Of a stretch of DNA of 64,000 nt, positions 55,372 through 64,000 are shown in pieces. The notes under the pieces were generated by a model that was given only the letters and a program-made list of their open reading frames with translations, made no database searches and was not told where the DNA came from. The DNA lies in the NCBI RefSeq assembly GCF_009914755.1, contig NC_060937.1. The stretch is one strand, 5' to 3'. A program made the position numbers and the translations under genes. Every line of letters starts with the position of its first letter. Positions within the stretch are counted from its first letter, which is position 1. This DNA comes from the human T2T-CHM13v2.0 reference genome, Homo sapiens.

Positions 55372-57659
55372 AAACCATTTGGAGCTAAATCCAGGTGATG
55401 TTCAACCAATTTATTTTAAATCTATGGAAATAAAATTAAAAATGAGGTAGTATGATGGAAAATTGAGGTTAAAAAAAGACAGATGAATTTAGCAACAAAA
55501 ACAAATATAATAATCAAGACATGAAATTAAATATGTAAATCAAATTTGTAAAAAGAAAAATCAATTATGCATTAAATTTACTCAGTAGTGGTACTTTTCC
55601 AGGAAATCTATCCCAGAATTAATTAGAAATGAATAAAATAAGGAAAGATGAATGGAAATGCAGTGAATGGAAATGCAACATATGTCAAATTGTCATTCAT
55701 AAAAAATGTCTAGAACAAATAAAAAATAAGCAATAAAGAAACATTTAATTTAGTTGTATCTTCAAATTGAGTGGTCTATACATATATCAGAAACATACAG
55801 GTACCCGTCACAATTTAACTCTTGCTATTCGATGAAGTTCCTTTCAAAATACCTAAAATTTAATTTTTGATTTATAAACCTACATGTTAATATACTTGTA
55901 GATGTCAGTATAATGTTAATTTGCCTCCTAGCTGAGAGGGAAGAATGTAGATTGCATTGCAGTCGTGTTTTACTGGGAATGGGCCTCATGTTTGTTTTTT
56001 AAGTGGGTTGTGCACTCTTGTTATAATCCTCAACTTATTGAGCTAAAATACATTCTGAGAAATTAGAAAAGGATGGGAAGATAGGAGGTGTATCTTTAAG
56101 TATAAAGCTCATACTTAACAGGAAAAGCTGGAAGTAATAAATATATCTAGAGACCCAAGCTCATAACAACCATAAGGTCGGCCATTTGTATCTGCACAGT
56201 TTTGCACAAACTGTTCTTTTGGAGGAAAAATAAAAGGGAACTATACAAGTCTTTTTAGCTCTGGCATGCCTTATTGACTGGTTGTTTTAAGCATAACTTG
56301 TAAGGGAGACTAAGAGAGAGAGAGAGACATTTGCTATAGTTTGATGACCACAATTACTATAAGATGCCATGATCACAGTGCTACTGCTGCGAAAGGATTG
56401 CATATCTTCAATGTTCTGAAGGCAAAGGTAATGAAGGAGAGATATAATATATTTTTAAGAAATTTTGTTTCAAAGCAAGTGTGGAAATGTTCAGCAAATT
56501 TAAGAATCATGAATATTTTAAAGATTGAAAATGAATTAATTTCTGATGACTGTCCAGCTATAGGTATTTATTATCGAGTTATAAAATAATAACAAATAAA
56601 TGTATAAATAAAAATAAGAAACTAAATAGCTCTCCTAAAATGATAAAGTCAATTTATGCATTATTAGAAAACATTAGAAAAAATAAATGCCAGGTCAAAA
56701 GGGCACCAAAGATATGCTAACATCTGGAAAGGTGAAGGTTTTGTTAAGCCAAAATTGTTGTAGATGTGTTTCTTTTATTATGCCCAACAAGGAAATATAG
56801 AAGAGTTCATTCTCCATCAAATGACATTGGAACCCAAAGCCTAGATAATGACGAAGTATTTGTATGATTAGGATGTTAGTATTTTCAGTGGGTTATCTGA
56901 TGCAGAACTACTGAATAGAACATTACGTCAATAGGGTTTCAGACTATTTTAGAAATATATATTTCTATATATACTATGTATATATATATAGTGTTTTTCA
57001 GGGTAAAAAGGTTGTTTGTTTTTTAATGTTCTGTGATTAAATAATAGACCGTGATTTTAAACTAAGTGTACACAGGCTTGTATTTTTCCAAAAAATTCTC
57101 AACTACACATTTTAGGTAATATATTAGATTAAGATAATGATGTGTGGTTTTGATGTGGCTTTGATTTACTTCAGGTGGCTGTTTTTGTATTTGGAAATAA
57201 TTTTTTTATATTATTTCCTGACATGTTCCTGACATGAAATTACTTTGATAATAAAACACCAGATTTCCAAATTCTGACCGACACTTAAATCAAGAAGAGG
57301 TTCAGAGGTTGGAAATCAAAGTTCGGCTTCAGGATTTTTAATATTAGTTAAAGACCTAAGTTTATGGACTCAAATATTGAATATTAATGGATGGCAAATG
57401 TTAATAAAGGGATTTATTGATGCTTTTCAATCTATGCAACAAGAACAACTTGTACCATCACTGTTTCCCTTTCATGTCTATTTGTAACGATATTGCCTGA
57501 ATCTGATGAATTTGGTTTGGACCATCTGGACCTGCTTAAAATGTTTATGGAGTTTCTGCCTCCCTGTAATACCAATATTTGTAACTTGGAAAGAAATTAT
57601 ATTAAAGTAAGAGTCAGAGGATTTATGCATAATAATAATTTTGGGGATATTTGCTAAGG

Positions 57660-58179
57660 ATGACGCTAACAAAAGAAGTCATAAAGACTTTATTGATTTT
57701 TTTACATAAAATCAAAAACTTTTATATGAAAAATACAGTAAGTGTAGTTGAAAAAATGGCATTGTAAGAATAGATATTTTAACATAATGAATGGACAATA
57801 GCTAATTTTCTTAATTTATAAAGATAATACAAATCAGTAATAAGTTCAATATAAAAGAACATTACTACAACACAAAATATAATTGGCTTATCTAATTAAC
57901 TAAATGCTAATCAAAAATTAAGATTCACTATTATGGCAGGGTTGTGTGTAAAATTATCTTATTAAAGAGTGTATACTATTTCAAAACTCTGGCAATAAAA
58001 ATAAAAAATTTAAAGTGACCTTATAATATACATCTTATCAATTTCACTGTTAGCAATTTACCCTATTTTATTTTCAAAAAAAGCATCCAATAAATCATTT
58101 TATAAATGATCTAAGTGATTAATTACTAATAAATCCAATATAAACTGTCAGTAGATGAATAACTAAGCAAATTGTAATT
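57660..58179 (+). mobile_element. Ancient L1ME-like fragment
   Basis: ACATAAAATCAAAAACTTTTATATGAAAAA...AATTTCACTGTTAGCAATTTACCC. Confidence 0.55.
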
Positions 58180-58189
58180 ATAATAAAAT

Positions 58190-58571
58190 AAAAATGTGGT
58201 ACATATACACCATGGAATACTATACAACCCTCAAAAAATGGGATTGTGGCCTTTGCAGGAACATGGATAGAGCTGGACGTCATTATCCTCAGCAAACTAA
58301 CACAGGAACAGAACACCAAATACCTCATGTTCTTACTTATAAGTGGGAGCTGAATGATGAGAACACATGGACACATAGAGGGGAACAACACAAACTGGGG
58401 CCTTTCATGGGGTAGAGAGTGGGAGGAGGGAGAGGATGAGGAGAAATAACTAATGGGTACTAGGCTTAAGACCTGGATAATGAAACAAATTGTACAAACC
58501 CCCATGGCACAAGTATACCTATGTAACAAAACTGTGCTTGTGCCCCTGAACTTAAGATAAAAGTTAAACAA
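58190..58571 (+). mobile_element. L1PA13/14-like 3' end
   Basis: MWYIYTMEYY ORF2 end and L1PA 3' UTR; 10-bp TSD ATAATAAAAT at 58180-58189 and 58572-58581. Confidence 0.93.
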
Positions 58572-58703
58572 ATAATAAAATGACTAAAGTAAAAGATGAG
58601 GAACATAATTTTCTAATAATATATGACAACAAATGTGTAAAAGCTAGGAGGCAAAGAGTAAGAAGATGAAATATATGTTATTAACTTTCTGTCTATGAAT
58701 AAA

Positions 58704-58709
<6 letters not shown>

Positions 58710-58734
<25 letters not shown>
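58710..58734. repeat. (TA)n microsatellite
   Basis: Seen directly. Confidence 0.95.
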
Positions 58735-59683
58735 GATCTTGCACAACCTGCAGAAGAAACACAGGTGATTAATTTTGAGGAAGATGCCTCTTACTATAAT
58801 CTTGTACTTGTAAAATATGGTGTCATCACATTTTAATTACTGAAATGTAAAATTCCTATAGCGTTGTCGTATCTCAACGAAAAACTAAACTTTAACTAGA
58901 TATTAATTATTTTTATTCTATTTATTATTTTGTTCATTTTCTTTCTCATTGGTTTAGGTTGGGTGGTTTGGGAAAATTTCTTAAGTAAAATTGCTAATAA
59001 GCCAAAATTACTAAGGAGATATTGATTACTATATTCAGCATTTTCTGAATTTATATCTTTCAAATTTATTGGGAATATGAAAATTTTAAAATGGTAGTAA
59101 ATAAGCCTAAAAATACCAGAAATTATTATGTAACTTAAAACTATATAGTAATCACTATAATCGATCTGTACTGACTTCCGTAAAATGTCATTCAAAATGG
59201 CAACAATGTCACAATTTCACTATTTTTTATCTGCTTTTTATTTCCAGTCAAGATGTAACTATGAAATTTAAATATTCTACATATTTATTAATTAAATTAG
59301 TCTATTCTACCAGATCATTGCAAGGTAAGTGGTTGTTATAAGCATTTTACCCATTTAATATAATTTAATTACACTAAGATTATGAAAACTAACTCCAACA
59401 ATCATCCTTTTTATATAATGTATCTCAATAATCTTTCCACACACATTATAAATGAAAGACTGCTTACTGATTTGGTATTCATTATATATAAAATATAGGC
59501 AATATAAACATACTAGAACATTCTCTAAAGGAAATGACATAATTAATTCATAATTATGACACCAATAGAAATATACAGGATCTAGAGGAATATTTAATAC
59601 CAAACTAGTGTAGTACATGGTTACAATAAAGAATTAATTCTATAATGTTGATAATGTTTAAAATTTCTGTAGTCCCTTTAATT

Positions 59684-60003
<320 letters not shown>

Positions 60004-60316
60004 GGTCCCTTTTATTTTAAAGAGGGCTTGGGTAGGCACTGTTGAGAAATAGAAATAATTAAAAAACAATTATTACGCCTGAGGAATTTCTGAGGCACGC
60101 CAAAATACACATAAAAAATTATTTACAAAAATAGTTTCTAGCTAGCAACCCATAATCTGTTCTTTCAAATTTAATACTAAACCATTAATTAATAGATAAT
60201 AATCATAATTTCAAAACCTTAAAGAATAGTCAATGATTCGAACAATAAAAAAGATACAGTAAACTAGGTAATATAGGAAGGCAGCTAGTATGTTTTTTGT
60301 CATAAAGCAGGTAATA

Positions 60317-60445
60317 TTAGTTGGGTGCAAAAGCAATTGAGGTTTTGGCCATTATTTTTAATTACTTTGGCCATTATTTTAATTGCAATTATTTTGGCCA
60401 TTACTTTCAATGGCCAAAACTACAATTACTTTTGCACCCACCTAA
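60317..60445. mobile_element. MADE1 (mariner-derived MITE), internally expanded to 129 bp
   Basis: TIRs TTAGTTGGGTGCAAAAGCAATTG... / ...CAATTACTTTTGCACCCACCTAA; TA TSDs at 60315-60316 and 60446-60447. Confidence 0.93.
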
Positions 60446-61196
60446 TACCTGTTTGAGACTACCTAGTGTTTAAGTCATACCAGTCTTTAAGGTCAATTCA
60501 GAAAATGTAGAATAATTTGAGAAAAAAAATAATGAAGAAGTTGACCCACTCTTTTCTAATTACTGCATAGAGAAAATTGAAAAACCATTTTTGTTCAGGG
60601 TTGAATTATGAGGTGGGAGAAAGGGAGAGAAGAGGGAGAAAAGGCAGGGAAAGCAAGGGTGACATTGACAACTAGAAAAGTGTATGGGGTGGGGAGTGGG
60701 AAAGTAGGAGTAAACAAAACCAAAAAAAGTGTGAGAACCATTTTTTTTTCATTGTCTAAGAGAATCTAGTTATAATTGGTTTTCTGTGTGTGTTGTCACT
60801 TACTGGAAAAGCACATGGTATAAACAAATCGCTCACTACTGTAGGAGGGCATTAGAGAAAATGAGGACATTGATGAATACAGTAATTGAAATAAGTGAGA
60901 CCTGGGTTTAAATCCTGCCTTTCTAGAAAAAAATATTAAAAGGATATTACTAAACCTTTGGAGCATATCTTTTTAAAATTTATACAATGCTTATCATTAA
61001 TTCCGCCAGTGTAACTAATCAAGGTGTTACTGTTGCCAATTATATCAAGCAAAAGCCAGGAAAACTGTCAGAGTTTCTGTGATTTTTAAGTAGGCTGTGT
61101 TCTATTACAGAAGAGGAGGAATGGGTAAAAACTTACGGTTCCAAGGATTTCACCAGTATTAAAGATACTGGTAAGAGTTAAGATGTATAGAATTTT

Positions 61197-63503
61197 AAAA
61201 ATAGGGTGTTCAAATAGGAAGAGAGGAAGTCAAATTGTCTTTGTTTTCAGATGACAGGATTGTATATTTAGAAAACCCCATCGTCTCAGCCCCAAAACAC
61301 CATAAGCTGATAAGCAAATTCAGCAAACTCTCAAGATACAAAATCAATGTGCAAAAATCACAAGCATTTCTGTAAACCAATAATAGACAAGCAGAGAGCC
61401 AAATCATGAGTGAACTCTCATTCACAATTGCTACAAAGAGCATAAAATACCTAGGGAATACAAATTACAAGGGACGTGAAGGACCTTTTCAAGGAGAACT
61501 ACACACCACTGCTCAAGAAAATAAGAGAGGGCACAAAAAAATGGAAAAAAATTTCATGCTCACCAATAGGAAGAACTAATATTGTGAGAATGGTTATAAT
61601 ACAAAAGTAATTTCTAGATTCAATGCTATTCCCATCAAACATTGACTTTCTTCACAGAATTAGAAAAAAAACTACTTTAAATTTCATATGAAACCAAAAA
61701 AGAGCCCGTATAGCCAAGACAATCCTATGCAAAAAGAACAAAGATGGAGGCATCATGCTACCTGACTTCAAACTATATTACAAGGCTACAGTGACCAGAA
61801 CAGCATGGCACTGGTGACAAAACAGTAGACCAATGGAACAGAACAGAGCCCTCAGCAATAACACCACACAGCTACAACCATTTGATCTTTGACAAACCTG
61901 AGAAAATCAAGCAATGGTGACAGGATTCCCTATTGAATAAATGATGCTGGGAAAACTGGATAGCCATATGCAGAAAACTGAAACTGGACCCCTTCTTTAC
62001 ACCTTATACAAAAATTAACTCAAGATAGAATAAAGACTTAAACTAAAAACCTAAAACCGTAAAAACACTACCTAGACAATACCATTGAGGACATAGGCAT
62101 GGGCAAAGACTTCATGACTAAAACACCAAAAGCAATGGCAACAAAAGCCAAAATTGACAAATGGGATCTAATTAAACTAAAGAGCTTCTGCATAGCAAAA
62201 GAAACTATCATTAGAGTGAACAGGCAACCTACAGAATGGGAGAAAATTTTTGCAATCTATCCATCTGGCAAAGATCTAATATCCAGAATCGACAAGGAAC
62301 TTAAACAAATTTAAAAGAAAAAAAAGCAAACAACCCCATCAAAAGGTGGGCAAAGGATATGAACAGACACTTCTCAAAAGAAGACATTTATCTGGCCAAC
62401 AAACATATGAAAAATATCTCATCATCACTGGTCATTAGAGAAATGCAAATCAAAACCACAATGAGATACTATCTCACTCCAGTTAGAATAGTGATCATTA
62501 AAAAGTCAGGAACTGGCCAGGTGCAGTGGCTCACGCCTGTAATCCCAGCACTTTAGGAGGCCGAGGCCGGTGGATCACGAGGTCAGGAGATCGAGACCAT
62601 CCTGGCTAACACGGTGAAACCCCATCTCTACTAAAAATACAAAAAATTAGCCGGGCATGGCAGCACGTGCCTGTAGTCCCAGCTACTTGGGAGGCTGAGG
62701 CAGGAGAATGTGTGAACCCGGGAGGCGGAGCTTGCAGTGAGCCGAGATCATCATGCCACTGCACTGCAGCCTGGGGGACAGAGTGAGACTCCATCTCAAA
62801 AAAAAAAAAAAAAAAAAAAAAGTCAGGAACCAACAGGTACTGGAGAGGATATGGAGAAATAGGAGCACTTTTACTCTGTTGGTGGAAGTGTAAATTAGTT
62901 CAATCATTGTGTAAGATAGTGTGGCGATTCTTCAGGGATCTAGAACCAGAAATACCATTTGGTCAAGCAATCCCATTACTGGGTATATACCCAAATGATT
63001 ATAAATTATTCTTTTATAAAGACACATGCACACATATATTTATTACAGCACTATTTACAATAGCAAAACTTGGAACCAACCCAATGCCTATCAATGATAG
63101 ACTAGATAAAGAAAATGTGCCACATATACACCAGGGAATACTATGCAGCCATAAAAAAAGAATGAGCTCATGTCTTTTGCTGCGACATGGATGAAGCTGA
63201 AAACCATCATTCTCAGGAAACTAACACAGGAATAGAAAACCAAACACTGCATATTCTCACTCATATGTGGGAGTCAAACAATGAGAACACATGAACCCAG
63301 GGAGGGGAACATCATACACTGGAGCCTGTCAGAGTTTGGGGGGCTATGTGAGGGATTGCATTAGGATGAATTCCTAACGCATGCAGGGCTTAAAACCCAG
63401 ATGACAGGTTGATAGGTGCAGCAAACCATCATGGCACATGTATACCTATGTAACAAACCTGCACATGTATCCCAGAACATATAGTAAAATATAAAAATAA
63501 ATA
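61197..63503 (+). mobile_element. 5'-truncated L1PA8-like element (ORF2 RT to 3' UTR), interrupted by AluY
   Basis: RT motif decayed to LFSDDRI (about 61241-61261); [31 protein letters not shown] (62099); 3' UTR and A-rich tail. Confidence 0.96.
62515..62816 (+). mobile_element. AluY inserted in L1PA
   Basis: GAGACCATCCTGGCTAACACGG, GGAGCTTGCAG; 14-bp TSD AAAAAGTCAGGAAC at 62500-62513 and 62817-62830. Confidence 0.97.
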
Positions 63504-64000
63504 AATAGTTTATTAATAATAATTATTAATGAGGCTTTTATGTCAGATACATTTTCTTATTGGTAAATATTTTTATCAGAGCTGAGCTTCAGGAAAATTT
63601 ATTTGGCAGGAAGGAATTGGATGGGTAAAAATAGGGAGAGACAGTGGAAAGGGGAAATCAAAAAATAGAATGTGTTAAAAATTCGATTTTAATGAATTAA
63701 AAATGAATTGTCACTGTGAAGTTAGTAGTGGCAAGATTCTTTTATGGACATTTTAAAAATGTAGACTCTTAATTCAGTTAGGTAAACTCACAGGTAGCTA
63801 ATTCCTATTGAAAGGCTAATGATGAATGGACAAGAATACCCTAATAGAATAGTCTTTATTCAAGAGTCATTATTTCATGATAAGTAAATATTGCTACATT
63901 CTGATAATACAAAGCAAGAGAGAAACAGTTTACTGAATCTGACTCCTTAAGCTTCTCCTTTCAAAATAAATAAATAAATTTGATCTAGGCCCAGTGGCAC

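Noticed and set aside
56950-56967. 18-bp perfect palindrome TAGAAATATATATTTCTA
   Set aside because: Built around a self-complementary (AT)n core in low-complexity DNA; expected by chance.
60317-60445. Three spaced short repeats resembling a CRISPR array
   Set aside because: Units are 12 bp with related AT-rich spacers inside a MADE1 with TIRs; eukaryotic context and no cas genes.
63988-64000. Possible Alu start at the window edge (GGCCCAGTGGCAC)
   Set aside because: Only 13 bp visible and an imperfect match; cannot be supported.

Overview
AT-rich primate (human-like) genomic DNA with no recognisable protein-coding gene, RNA gene or CRISPR array. The window is a layered archive of transposable elements. 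It holds L1 LINEs (L1ME/MB/MA/PB/PA-type), 8 near-full-length Alus plus a fragment, LTR elements (LTR1-type, LTR22, MER67-like, THE1, MLT1, MLT2), DNA transposons (MER1A, MADE1, MER5-like), MIR/L2 remnants and microsatellites. The ORFs I can recognise are decayed L1 ORF2 pieces or Alu/THE1 readthroughs; the rest show no gene hallmarks. I found no evidence of a new multi-gene system. The most interesting signals are DNA repair/insertion footprints: (1) an Alu whose tail joins a fold-back inverted copy of its own target site; (2) a 109-bp templated copy of local unique sequence inside a microsatellite 1357 bp downstream; (3) a direct-inverted-direct micro-triplication; (4) two twin-primed (5'-inverted) L1s; (5) an internally expanded MADE1 hairpin with matched arm variants; (6) a strong + strand bias of L1 3' ends, hinting at a minus-strand host transcript. 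Repeat subfamily names come from memory of consensus sequences and need RepeatMasker/Dfam confirmation.
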